Below are positions 16,680 through 25,760 of a stretch of DNA of 32,000 bases, piece by piece. A program made the position numbers and the translations under genes. The stretch is from the NCBI GenBank assembly GCA_963662715.1, contig OY759724.1, positions 780,001-812,000 on the forward strand, given 5' to 3'. Below the pieces are notes generated by a model. That model worked only from the letters and a program-made list of their open reading frames with translations, was not told the DNA's origin and did not search any database. Source of the stretch: Candidatus Omnitrophota bacterium. Lineage in GTDB: Bacteria; Omnitrophota; Gorgyraeia; Zapsychrales; JANLHA01. Within the stretch, counting starts at the first letter, position 1. Each line of letters opens with the position of its first letter.

Positions 16680-16724
16680 TACTCAGTGCCTCCTTTCGAT
16701 AAAACTTTGAGTAAATGATGGCAT

Positions 16725-16771
16725 GTTTAAAAACAAAAACCGCAAGGTAAGCGACCTTCTACCTTGCGGTT
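16725..16771 (-). promoter_or_regulatory. Terminator-like 12-bp hairpin plus U-tract inside the csp 5' leader (candidate attenuator or thermosensor)
   Basis: Minus strand: AACCGCAAGGTA-(10-nt loop)-TACCTTGCGGTT followed by TTTTGTTTTT. It lies between the predicted promoter (16805-16833) and the ATG at 16679. Confidence 0.5.
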
Positions 16772-16804
16772 AAAGATTTCTTCTCCTTGCTTTACTCGAA
16801 GCAA

Positions 16805-16833
16805 ATTATGGACTATTTTTTCTCTTTTGTCAA
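16805..16833 (-). promoter_or_regulatory. Sigma-70 promoter of csp
   Basis: Minus strand: TTGACA (16833-16828), a 17-nt spacer, then CATAAT (16810-16805). Gives a ~118-nt leader. Confidence 0.55.
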
Positions 16834-16918
16834 TTAATTATTGTTATTAAAATAACAAAAAATTCTGAAGGTTTTTTCGGCCCGGCGACATGGTCTCCGC
16901 CAAGCTGTCCGTTTTTCC

Positions 16919-17344
16919 TTACTGCTCGATTTTCTGTATTAAATCATTAATCGCACTGACAAGCGGCCAAAACCGGTCATTCTTCCGGAGCATAATCGGG
17001 CCTTTTCTTTCTCCCCCCAAGGTCTCATTCAACTCCCGGATGACCCTGTCGTAAGGGCCGACAATACTGTGGGTGATTTTATACGCTATGACCAAAATAA
17101 ATGCTATGACCGTCGGGATGACCAACAGGAGCATCTTAGTAACTTTATTCGCCGCCGGAACAATGTGGTAAGCGATAGTCTCGGGAATGCCAATCTGTTC
17201 TGCCGTGACATAAAAAATAAAATAGTAAAGCGAAACGGCGACAATAACCGTCGGAATAATCGCCGCGCTAAAAACCAGGGAAAAAATTTCTTTATGCATT
17301 TGATTAGCAAACATTCTTTTACGCAGGTTGGAATTATTGGCCAT
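16919..17344 (-). CDS. Small two-TM protein with a HAMP-like C-terminal segment
   Basis: Two hydrophobic helices, then ITHSIVGPYDRVIRELNETLGGERKGPIMLRKNDRFWPLVSAINDLIQKIE, which follows the HAMP pattern. Its start overlaps the upstream gene's end by 11 nt. Confidence 0.6.
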   Translation of the reverse strand: MANNSNLRKRMFANQMHKEIFSLVFSAAIIPTVIVAVSLYYFIFYVTAEQIGIPETIAYHIVPAANKVTKMLLLVIPTVIAFILVIAYKITHSIVGPYDRVIRELNETLGGERKGPIMLRKNDRFWPLVSAINDLIQKIEQ

Positions 17345-18023
17345 TTTGATACCCCACTTTCAAATCTTTATAAAAGGTTTCCGCGCTTGACAAAGAATTA
17401 TCCGCATCGGTCATTAAAGCAATAGCCCCGACAGTTCTGGGCGGGTTTCTTCCAAAAGCTTTTTGATAATCCTTATAAATATTCCGTTCTTCTGAAACCC
17501 ATTTATCCACATTCCTTGTCCCTGATTCTATGACAATAAGTTTGATATTCTTCGAAAAAGGGCTGGTTAAAATCGTCCCTTCCGGATATTTCTCGTCCCA
17601 GATATACTCAAGGCTTTTGATGTTTGTGATATTCCAGCTCGGGAATATGACATAAACGCGGGCGGCATAATCGTCCCGCTCCAGCCATCCGCCGCTTTCA
17701 GTTGATTTAATACTTTTGTCAGGGAATTTCTTGACCCGCCATTGCCAGCTGATCATAGGATACTTCCGCACGTCGAGTTTCATCCTGTGAATCAATCCCG
17801 AACTCGCCTTGTTGCTTTGTGCAACAAGGAAGCCCTGTTCCTGTCCGAGCTCTATCGCATACAGGACCTTGCCTTTAAAAACCTTTTCCTGCCACTCGTC
17901 CAAAGCCCTAGCGTGATTAAAAGGGAACCATTTAGGAAAATCATAAGCGAAAGCATTGTAAAACACGCCGGCACACAATAGAACGGATATAAGGTAAATA
18001 TATAAAGTCCTGCGAACTTTCAT
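17334..18023 (-). CDS. DUF3047-like exported protein
   Basis: N-terminal signal or anchor. SNKASSGLIHRMKLDVRKYPMISWQWRVKKFP and DDYAARVYVIF resemble DUF3047, from memory. Confidence 0.65.
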   Translation of the reverse strand: MKVRRTLYIYLISVLLCAGVFYNAFAYDFPKWFPFNHARALDEWQEKVFKGKVLYAIELGQEQGFLVAQSNKASSGLIHRMKLDVRKYPMISWQWRVKKFPDKSIKSTESGGWLERDDYAARVYVIFPSWNITNIKSLEYIWDEKYPEGTILTSPFSKNIKLIVIESGTRNVDKWVSEERNIYKDYQKAFGRNPPRTVGAIALMTDADNSLSSAETFYKDLKVGYQNGQ

Positions 18024-18083
18024 ATCATTTCAGGAAAGCTTTAAGGGATTCACCGATAAAGCACCGTTATTGGCTTTTATCCA

Positions 18084-19568
18084 CTAATCCGCTGTTGTCT
18101 TTTTCTGTCCCGAGAGAGAGGCCAGGCTGTCCTCAGCAATAAGGAATTGATCCACTAAGCCTTTCAGAGCAATGGCCTGAGAAGAAATATCGTTGGCCAG
18201 CTTGGCTAATCCTTGACAACTATTAGTATTGGATTCCGTCACCGAGGACACTTCTTCCACCGTAACAGCCTGCTGTTGGATCGACTCCGAAATGGTCCGG
18301 ACTTGCGTAGCAACCTGGGACGTGTTTTTTAAAATAGACCGGATATTGTCGCCAGCGTTTCTAACCAGGTTCACACCGTCAACAACTTGCTGATCATTCT
18401 CCTGAATAAGAGTCGCGATTCTTTTAGCGGCCGTGGCACTTCTTTCGGCAAGCTTTCGAACCTCGTCCGCCACAACCGCAAAACCCCGCCCGTGCACCTG
18501 CGCCCGGGCGGCTTCAATAGCGGCATTTAAAGCCAAAAGATTCGTTTGTTCCGCAATATCGGTAATAATATTGATCGATGCCGCTATCTGTTTTGAACTG
18601 CCCTCGATAGCCCCCATGGCTTTTATCGCCAGCTCCATATCTCTCCCGGCTCTCTGGGCCTCCTCCGTGCTGTCCTGAGCCATGCTGTTTGCCGAGAAAG
18701 CACTATCAGCATTGCCTTGAAATGAACTGGATATTTCCGAGTACCCGGCGGCCTGCTGTTCCGCTCCGACGGCGATCTGCTGGGTGTGCGACTTGATTTC
18801 CTCGGTTGATAAAACAAATCTTTGAGTCGTGTTCTTTATCTTAAAAAGAATTTCTTCCATCTTCTGGAGAAAGACATTATAGCCGTGCGTGACCTGATCC
18901 AATTCATCATAATCCTCGGGACGTCCCGTGCCTATGGGGATCCGCATCCTTAAATCTCCCTGGGAAATCTGCTGAAAACTCTGGACCAGCGTCAAAAGGC
19001 GCAGGGTGATAAGCCTACGGAACATAATGAGCAGAATGGCACTGATAACAATACTTTCCAGGACAAAAACAGAAATGATCGTCAGTAAAAGGTGCTGTCT
19101 TGACTTTTTAAACTTGCTCTCCGTGATGCCGATACAACTCCGGGTTAAGACAATCTTAACTGATCCAAGATAAACACCTTCGTATTTAATGGGGGCATGA
19201 TATTGTCTATACTCCTCAAACCCCTTCTTGCCGAAATCCTCTGTCAGCTGGCCGCCTGTTTTATCATAATACTGCACCCGCCCCACATCCGGATCTTTCA
19301 AAGCTTCCCGCGCATATGTCGTCAATAGGTTATAATCAAAATTTAAAATAGGCTGAATAGCTATCTGCGACAGAAAAAGGGATAAATTCTCCCCCTTTTC
19401 ATCTAATCTTTTATTTGTGTCCTGAATGATAAGCTTTAACGTGCTCTGTTGAATAAAAAATGCTGACACGGCAAAAATCCCCATGCCCAGGAAAACAACA
19501 CAAAGAGTAAAAGCCGCAAACTTGATCCTGATAGAATTTGCCATACCCTTCAATAACTCCACGAACAT
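18084..19568 (-). CDS. Methyl-accepting chemotaxis protein (2 TM, periplasmic sensor, HAMP, MA signalling domain)
   Basis: [38 protein letters not shown] is the conserved MCP hairpin-tip signature. SD GGAGG. Confidence 0.95.
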   Translation of the reverse strand: MFVELLKGMANSIRIKFAAFTLCVVFLGMGIFAVSAFFIQQSTLKLIIQDTNKRLDEKGENLSLFLSQIAIQPILNFDYNLLTTYAREALKDPDVGRVQYYDKTGGQLTEDFGKKGFEEYRQYHAPIKYEGVYLGSVKIVLTRSCIGITESKFKKSRQHLLLTIISVFVLESIVISAILLIMFRRLITLRLLTLVQSFQQISQGDLRMRIPIGTGRPEDYDELDQVTHGYNVFLQKMEEILFKIKNTTQRFVLSTEEIKSHTQQIAVGAEQQAAGYSEISSSFQGNADSAFSANSMAQDSTEEAQRAGRDMELAIKAMGAIEGSSKQIAASINIITDIAEQTNLLALNAAIEAARAQVHGRGFAVVADEVRKLAERSATAAKRIATLIQENDQQVVDGVNLVRNAGDNIRSILKNTSQVATQVRTISESIQQQAVTVEEVSSVTESNTNSCQGLAKLANDISSQAIALKGLVDQFLIAEDSLASLSGQKKTTAD

Positions 19569-20035
19569 TACCTCCGTTTTAGCATGAGTCCTGAAAAAAC
19601 CTCAATCCGGGACAGCATCCTTCCATGTGTCTGGACTATTTCGATCGGCGTCTGTCACCCCTGGCAGGTTTGCGGCACTTTTTTCCAAACGATACCGCAG
19701 GCCACCTCACCTGTTGTCCTATGGCACCGATAAAAAGGAACCGATCCCCCTTAAATTTCCTTAAAATAAAAATCTGTCTTTAAAACTGGCAATTTCTGAA
19801 TAGAGGAACATCATGAATTCAAAAAAAATTAAAAGCATACCGCTCTCGGTTCGGAACAAATCTTTTATCCCATATCCTTTCCGGGGCTTATAAATATTCA
19901 TTATGTCATAACCATAAGGAATCTCAATAGTTACTTAGAATAATTTCCGGACATACCATAACGCAAGAAGTCCGCCCGGATGAAATATTTCAAAGACAGC
20001 GTCAAGGGTTGAAAAATCTTAAGAAGCAGCCGGCA

Positions 20036-20845
20036 TTATTTATATTCCTGTTTTTTAAGGATTCCGGTTGCCCCCTTATCCAGGAAAAAATAATCTGTAT
20101 ACCCTTCGTTGACCAAATAATACATAAGCCAGCGGACCTGTTTGCCCACCTGATCAAATATAAGGAGAGTTTTATCTTGCTCCAATTTCTTTTCAATGAA
20201 ATTCGGGATAAGTTTCGAGAACGGCATTTTTAACGCCTTCTCAAGCCCCGGCAAGGTTCCGCTGCTTTGGATATGATCCCGGGCATCAATGACAATTGTG
20301 TTCGGGGCAGCAGCCTTTTGTCTGAACGATTCAAAATCCAGGCATCTCTTTTTAAATTCACTTTTGGGAATGACCTGTGCCTCAGGGGCCACGACAGTTT
20401 TTCCCAGGAGCAGTGTCTCGGCCGGGTACTTTTCAACCCAGTCAGGGATTCCGGCATCGTAAACAAAACATTTCCGGCAACCAATCTCCTGGGCTTTTCT
20501 CGTTGCTTCATAGGATTTTAAACAGGTAACGCCGTTGCAGTAAAAAGCAACGGATTTGCCGGGATTCCCCTGGAAGACCTCTTTGGCTTTTTCATCAAAA
20601 GTCAGCTGCCCAACCGGGATATGAATGGCTCCTTTAGGATGAATCACGTTATATTCGATATCGGATCTCACGTCTACGATGACAACCCGGCCTGTCTTGT
20701 ATTGCTGATAAAGCGTTTCCGTTTCTATCGGGATAGTGTCGGGATATTTTTTCCGGTAGGGGAAATCTTCCGCCATTGCTGCCTGAGACAGCCCTAACAA
20801 AAAGACCAACATGACAGTCCCTCGAAGTAAAATCATTTTTTTCAT
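20036..20845 (-). CDS. Exported tandem rhodanese-domain protein
   Basis: Signal peptide MKKMILLRGTVMLVFLLGLSQAAMA. Rhodanese motifs are VVIVDVRSDIEYNVIHPKGAIHIP with active-site loop FYCNGVTC, and a second domain IVIDARD. The start is moved to ATG 20845, with GGAG upstream. Confidence 0.8.
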   Translation of the reverse strand: MKKMILLRGTVMLVFLLGLSQAAMAEDFPYRKKYPDTIPIETETLYQQYKTGRVVIVDVRSDIEYNVIHPKGAIHIPVGQLTFDEKAKEVFQGNPGKSVAFYCNGVTCLKSYEATRKAQEIGCRKCFVYDAGIPDWVEKYPAETLLLGKTVVAPEAQVIPKSEFKKRCLDFESFRQKAAAPNTIVIDARDHIQSSGTLPGLEKALKMPFSKLIPNFIEKKLEQDKTLLIFDQVGKQVRWLMYYLVNEGYTDYFFLDKGATGILKKQEYK

Positions 20846-21184
20846 ACCATTCTCCATAGATTATAATTAATAATATAGATTTAATAAGTTTTACATATCA
20901 AAAATGAACTTAGAATAACGTCTCCGCGCTAAAAAATTATCTCCCATAGAGCCCTCCCCCCGGGCGGGAAAATAAAAATCGACCGTTCAGACAAAGAATA
21001 ACGAGGGAAATGATGCGGGCTCCGCACATTATTCTTATATCCTATAATCTAAGGACTGAAGGTTAAAAGTCAATAATTAGTTGTCTTTTTTCATGGTAGG
21101 GGCAAGTTAATGACGGCAGAACACACAAAAAAGCATAATACCCACAGCCCGGCAGATAAAACGGCATATTTTTGACCTTTTCAA

Positions 21185-21616
21185 TCAAGACCATTCGTCA
21201 TAATCAACTCTCTGAACATCAAATTGAACAGTTTTGCCGGCTAAAGGGTGGTTGAGGTCCAAAACAAGCGTCTCATCTTTAACCTCAATGATTTTCGCAT
21301 GAAGAATTTCCCGGCTTCTTTTATTTTCAAGGTTCAGGTAATCATCAACTTTCAAGGAATCTTCCCCCGGGATTCCCGGTTTAGGGACTTCAACTATTTT
21401 TTCAGCCATGCGGTGACCATAGGCGAGTTGTGGTTCCAGAGTCATTCTTTTTCTCTCCCCGATCTGCAAATGCAGCAACTCACGATGAACAACTTCCGGG
21501 AAAGTCCGCTGTCCCAGTATCAACTCTAACGGAGCACTATCATGATTTGTCTCAACGACTTTATCATCTACGGTGACGCAATATTTAACTAAAATCTTTT
21601 GTGAGCTCGTAAACAT
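21185..21616 (-). CDS. FKBP-type peptidyl-prolyl cis-trans isomerase (SlyD/SlpA-like, no His-rich tail)
   Basis: LELILGQRTFPEVVHRELLHLQIGERKRMTLEPQLAYG and HPLAGKTVQFDVQRV are typical of SlyD-like FKBPs with an IF insert. The start is moved to MFTSSQK at 21616, with AAGGGGG upstream. Confidence 0.85.
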   Translation of the reverse strand: MFTSSQKILVKYCVTVDDKVVETNHDSAPLELILGQRTFPEVVHRELLHLQIGERKRMTLEPQLAYGHRMAEKIVEVPKPGIPGEDSLKVDDYLNLENKRSREILHAKIIEVKDETLVLDLNHPLAGKTVQFDVQRVDYDEWS

Positions 21617-21843
21617 AATATTACCCCCTTCATTATGATCAGAACTGCACTTACCGCCCACGCCTCAATATCTTCCAACGCCTGTTTTACACGATCAACC
21701 CCCAAACCTTCTGCATACTGATCTGCAAGTTTTTGGTAAAAGCCCTGGCTTGTTCGACACTCCCAAGCCTCTGACAGCACTGGCCCAGAAAGAAAAGAAT
21801 AGTTCTCTTCAAACGGATTCTTCGCACCTCCTTCCCTTAACAA
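21589..21843 (-). CDS. Hypothetical 84-aa ORF (doubtful)
   Basis: ORF only. Its 3' end overlaps the FKBP SD and start. No recognisable motif. Confidence 0.2.
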   Translation of the reverse strand: MLREGGAKNPFEENYSFLSGPVLSEAWECRTSQGFYQKLADQYAEGLGVDRVKQALEDIEAWAVSAVLIIMKGVILCLRAHKRF

Positions 21844-22269
21844 CCATACCCTCCGGCCGCTTTTTGGATCTTCCTGAAAAACGCTACGGCAAAGAAGTTT
21901 TTCTCAGAAGAAAGGCTTTGGCACACGGGACAATGCTTACCTTGCGACCCCGTCTGTATCATTCAGCAAACTCAACTGATTCTAAACGCAACATCTCCTT
22001 GCCCAGACGTTTTTCAATTCATTGTATTAGAGATAGGATAAACCTCTTAATTCAAATAATTTATAGAAATTCACGGGAAGTGTATAAACGTAGACACTTC
22101 ATAAAGCACACTGATTAAAAAACCATCTATCCTAATCGTCTACTTTATTTCAATGTATATACTGCGGAATTCTGCCTCTGTATTCTATTTTATCATTGAT
22201 GGAATCCCTGTCAATCAAAGCTTTTTCGCTCTCCGCAGGGGTTTCCCGGGGCAAGGGTATGCCCGCCCG

Positions 22270-22800
22270 TCAAATCGTTTCCGGCTCAAAATAGTCCCGG
22301 GGATGCTGACAGCAAGGGCATTTGGCCGGCGGTTCCGTCCCGTTATAAACATAACCACAAACACTGCATTTCCACTTAACCGGTTCCGGCCGTTTGTAAA
22401 CCGTACCCTCTTCAACCATCTTCAATAACTTCTTGTATACAGCCGCATGATGTTCTTCGACTTTAGCAATTTGCTGAAAAAGCCAGGCGATGTCTTTATG
22501 CCCTTCCTCTTCCGCGTCTTTGGCAAATTGCGGATACATTGTTATTGTTTCATAGGTCTCCCCTTCTATCGCGACTTTAAGATTTGCTTTTGTATCGCCG
22601 ATGCCGTCCAAAAATCTCAATTCCTCTTTGGCATGCCGTATTTCGTTTCGGGAAGCTTCTTCAAAAAATTTGGCGATATAACGGTACCCTTCTTTCCTGG
22701 CGACTTGCGCAAAATATGCGTATTTATTGCTGGCCTGAGATTCTCCGGCAAAGGCCTCTTTGAGATTTTTTTCGGTCTTTGGACCTAATTTTCCACTCAT
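22270..22800 (-). CDS. rbr: Rubrerythrin
   Basis: Ferritin-like diiron domain (KNLKEAFAGESQASNKYAYFA...EASRNEIRHAKE...EGETYE...EEHH) plus a C-terminal rubredoxin-type CSVCGY...CPCC. Start MSGKLG at 22800, with AAAGGAGGAA upstream. Confidence 0.95.
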   Translation of the reverse strand: MSGKLGPKTEKNLKEAFAGESQASNKYAYFAQVARKEGYRYIAKFFEEASRNEIRHAKEELRFLDGIGDTKANLKVAIEGETYETITMYPQFAKDAEEEGHKDIAWLFQQIAKVEEHHAAVYKKLLKMVEEGTVYKRPEPVKWKCSVCGYVYNGTEPPAKCPCCQHPRDYFEPETI

Positions 22801-22846
22801 AACATTTCCTCCTTTTAAAAATATAGGATTCATTTTTGAAGGTGTT

Positions 22847-22876
22847 ATTATAACTATAATCCCTTCCTCTTGGCAA
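22847..22876 (-). promoter_or_regulatory. rbr promoter with an overlapping PerR/Fur-type palindrome
   Basis: Minus strand: TTGCCA (22876-22871), an 18-nt spacer, then TATAAT (22852-22847). ATTATAGTTATAAT (22860-22847) is a 12/14 palindrome resembling the 7-1-7 Fur/PerR box. Confidence 0.45.
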
Positions 22877-23069
22877 GATAAAGATTTCCCCCGGGGGGCC
22901 ACTTAGGTTCATCACAATAATGCCGGGATCCCCACGCCCAAGCAACTCCTGACGCATTGAGAATAAAGGCCCAATATTCTCTCCGTCTTGGAAATACGTT
23001 GAGCTGTTTTCCGCAACGGCAGCCCGGTTTTTGAAAATATGTTATATTTGATAAAAGAGGTGAATCCTG

Positions 23070-23399
23070 ATGGGTAAAATTTCCGCGAAAAATTTATGCC
23101 ATATTTTTCTGATCATTATCGGGACGGCAACTTATCTCTATTTTTATATGAACAGCGCCATGAACACCATGGACTCCGGCTTCATGGAACTGAAGGATAT
23201 CCACACATTGAACATTTTCCTCTTTTTAATTATAGGAATGTGCTTTTCTATGTACGTTCAGGGCAAGACATTCATTTACAGGGAAAAAACCTACACTCTC
23301 GTCCCGGCCTTAGCCTTAATCGTGGCGGACACCATAAAAATCCTCATTTGCCTCTCTCTTCTCTATACGTGTCTTTACTATTCCATTATATTCGATTAA
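23070..23399 (+). CDS. Small AT-rich membrane protein, unknown function
   Basis: 109-aa ORF with 3-4 hydrophobic segments. SD AGAGGTGA lies 7 nt upstream. It is the only plus-strand gene among minus-strand neighbours. Confidence 0.5.
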   Translation: MGKISAKNLCHIFLIIIGTATYLYFYMNSAMNTMDSGFMELKDIHTLNIFLFLIIGMCFSMYVQGKTFIYREKTYTLVPALALIVADTIKILICLSLLYTCLYYSIIFD

Positions 23400-23465
23400 T
23401 AAACTGTCCTCTCCGGGGAAAATGCGTCACACCGACAACTTTAAGCTGCGGGTTTCCCGGAGCTT

Positions 23466-24497
23466 TTACATCTCCTCCGGCATAATTTCCAGCGGAACAG
23501 GTAAGGGGGGATTCTTGATAATACCGAAAAGACACCGCTTCATATCTTCGGAAAAAGATTCATTTTCAATTCTGACCTGGCCATTAACAACCGGCGCTTT
23601 AATATCCCAGACGCTTAACAATGTCTGATCGAGGACAAGGGCTGTTTTATGACCGACAAGGTCCTGCGTTACTTGAGCAAGAATCCGGGCTTTTTCCCGC
23701 GGCAATTTTAACAAAACAAAGGATTGATCCTGGCTGTTTATCGCGATCTCCGCAGACTCCACGGCACTAAGGGTGAGCCAGGCTTCTTTTTTGACTAATA
23801 ATTGTTCGGAGTCATCCGGCAGCCATTCATAGTTTTCTGCCAGCTTGGTTTTGTTCGCCTGAATGGTCTCCGGATCCTCTTCAACACTTTTAAACAAAAG
23901 AACGCCCGGGGTTGTCAGGAATATTGTTATGTCTTCCCATGTCAACAGGCTCTTCATCCGCACCTGAATCTGGTTTTCTTCCACCTTTAAGGTGCAATTC
24001 GGGATAGAGGCAAAATTAATTCTGTCATTCAGGATATTTTCAATCCGCTTAAGCGTCGCTCTATCCGAAGATGCCTGCGCCTCCGGAACAACTTTTAAAA
24101 TCACATTATAATTTTCTTCTTGATTATTTTCCTGACCCTGGCCCGAACCATGGCGGGAGGGATCAATATCCCCATACTTGAAAATAAAAGGAACTCCGTG
24201 AATCTTTCCGTAACGGTAAAAGGTCCTTTCGGATAACAATCCGTTCGTATAATATTTGCGCGTAATACCGTGCCTCTGCCCCTTATAATAATGGGCCTCC
24301 TCCTGCAGAAAGCCGTTCTCGTAATATAACTTGGTTACCCCGTGGAGCTCCCCGTCTTTATACTGAGATTCTCCCCGTATCTTACCCGACTCATAATATT
24401 CCGTCTGCACCCCGTCCGCAGGAGCTTTTTGACAATAAGCCTCCCCGGGAATCAGCAGCATAACACATAAGAACAAAAAAACTGTTTTTCCTGACAT
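23466..24497 (-). CDS. Exported MORN-repeat (YwqK-like) protein with an uncharacterised C-terminal domain
   Basis: Signal peptide MSGKTVFLFLCVMLLIPGEAYC. Repeats: YYESGKIRGESQYKDGELHGVTKLYYENGFLQEEAHYYKGQRHGITRKYYTNGLLSERTFYRYGKIHG. SD GGGAGAGGA lies before ATG 24497. Confidence 0.75.
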   Translation of the reverse strand: MSGKTVFLFLCVMLLIPGEAYCQKAPADGVQTEYYESGKIRGESQYKDGELHGVTKLYYENGFLQEEAHYYKGQRHGITRKYYTNGLLSERTFYRYGKIHGVPFIFKYGDIDPSRHGSGQGQENNQEENYNVILKVVPEAQASSDRATLKRIENILNDRINFASIPNCTLKVEENQIQVRMKSLLTWEDITIFLTTPGVLLFKSVEEDPETIQANKTKLAENYEWLPDDSEQLLVKKEAWLTLSAVESAEIAINSQDQSFVLLKLPREKARILAQVTQDLVGHKTALVLDQTLLSVWDIKAPVVNGQVRIENESFSEDMKRCLFGIIKNPPLPVPLEIMPEEM

Positions 24498-24603
24498 CAA
24501 ACATCCTCTCCCGTAGGATATCAAGACATACGGTGAAAAACAGGGACAGCTTTCATAATCCTAAAGATATTCTGGCTGTCCCTTTCTGCAAAAACACAAA
24601 TTA

Positions 24604-24798
24604 TTATCTTCCGAAAGGATTTTCTTCGCTCGTTTCCTGTCCTTTATACCCTTCAGCCGCGCCTTCCGTAAGGCCCCCAGCCGCGGAAACACCCTTCCCC
24701 ACATAAGTTCCGGCTTTCTTGGTGCCATCATGCACTGTTTCACAGCCCTGCAAAATAAACACTGATAAGAGAACGGTTAATCCGACAAAAAATCTCAT
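24604..24798 (-). CDS. Small Gly/Ala-rich lipoprotein
   Basis: MRFFVGLTVLLSVFILQGC provides a lipobox (LQGC). SD GAGAGGTGA. Confidence 0.65.
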   Translation of the reverse strand: MRFFVGLTVLLSVFILQGCETVHDGTKKAGTYVGKGVSAAGGLTEGAAEGYKGQETSEENPFGR

Positions 24799-24824
24799 AA
24801 AAATTCACCTCTCTTGTTTAAAAT

Positions 24825-25730
24825 CTATTTGTCCAGGACCAGATCGCCTTTTCCGATTTCCGAGCTGGCTTCTCCAATAATTTCCGCTTTTGAAAATTTT
24901 TCCTTCACTTCTGTGACACTGATATCCGCGATCTTCTCTGCGTCGCTTCCCAAATCAATCCCCGTATCAGGGTCAATAAGAGATTCCCCTTCCCGGTAGA
25001 CAGCAAGCTTGGCCCCTTTCTCCATGCCGGAGTTCTCTCCGGAGTTAATAAAGACCACCCCGTCCTTCACCGTAACAACCTTGCCTTTCCAGGGGATATC
25101 CGCCATCTTTTCAGAAACATATACAACAGCCCTGTCAATCGCCATCTGGACGGCTTTCCCTAAAGGAGTCTTGGAGAAATTAGAAGAATTTATATCAAAG
25201 GATCCGCTGTATCCTAAGGAGATGCCCCCGGAATTAGCTTCCCCTTCAACCCGTTTCGAATCCAGGATTTCTCCTGTTGTGGAATCGACCAGCTGAATAA
25301 TCACAGCCATGTGCGCTGCAGACTTTTTCCCTCCGATAGAAAAACCTTTGACACTCAACCCCTGCCCTCCGCCGGAGGTGTTTTCCTCAAATTCTGTAAT
25401 CTGTCCCTTAATAAGAACCTGGGCCGGGATAAGTTTCCCTATTTTGGCCGAATTTGATTTGGCAAAACGGTCGCTGTTCGCCAGGTCCTGCTCTGCCATA
25501 ACAACATCCAAATCCTGCCGTGAAAGCACAATAAACTCTCCGCTTTGAATCAAGGCATCGTTCAATTGTGTTGAAAAATCCTGTCCCAGCGTCACAGAAG
25601 AACTGAACCCTGAGTCATTTGTGAACTCAAAGACAGCGACCGTCTTCTTCAGGGCTTTGACGGCACACGCATCGGAAACCGCAACCAGACTGCATATAAA
25701 AGCCACAGCTACAATCAGAAAACTCTTCAT
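24825..25730 (-). CDS. CsgG-family (curli-secretion-channel-like) outer-membrane lipoprotein homologue
   Basis: Signal peptide, then KKTVAVFEFTNDSG...LGQDFSTQLNDALIQSGEFIVLSRQDLDVVMAEQDL, which matches the CsgG/LpoB-like N-terminal pattern. SD AGGAGG. Confidence 0.65.
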   Translation of the reverse strand: MKSFLIVAVAFICSLVAVSDACAVKALKKTVAVFEFTNDSGFSSSVTLGQDFSTQLNDALIQSGEFIVLSRQDLDVVMAEQDLANSDRFAKSNSAKIGKLIPAQVLIKGQITEFEENTSGGGQGLSVKGFSIGGKKSAAHMAVIIQLVDSTTGEILDSKRVEGEANSGGISLGYSGSFDINSSNFSKTPLGKAVQMAIDRAVVYVSEKMADIPWKGKVVTVKDGVVFINSGENSGMEKGAKLAVYREGESLIDPDTGIDLGSDAEKIADISVTEVKEKFSKAEIIGEASSEIGKGDLVLDK

Positions 25731-25760
25731 TCAAAAACCTCCTTTTAATTCGTCCTTATG

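Noticed and set aside
19813-19893. 26-codon plus-strand ORF (MNSKKIKSIPLSVRNKSFIPYPFRGL) with a GAGGA SD
   Set aside because: It is too short and compositionally unremarkable to call without conservation or expression data. It is mentioned only under the long intergenic finding.
21919-21937. TGGCAC...TGCT resembling a sigma-54 promoter on the plus strand
   Set aside because: The GG-to-GC spacing is 15 nt instead of 12, and there is no downstream plus-strand gene.
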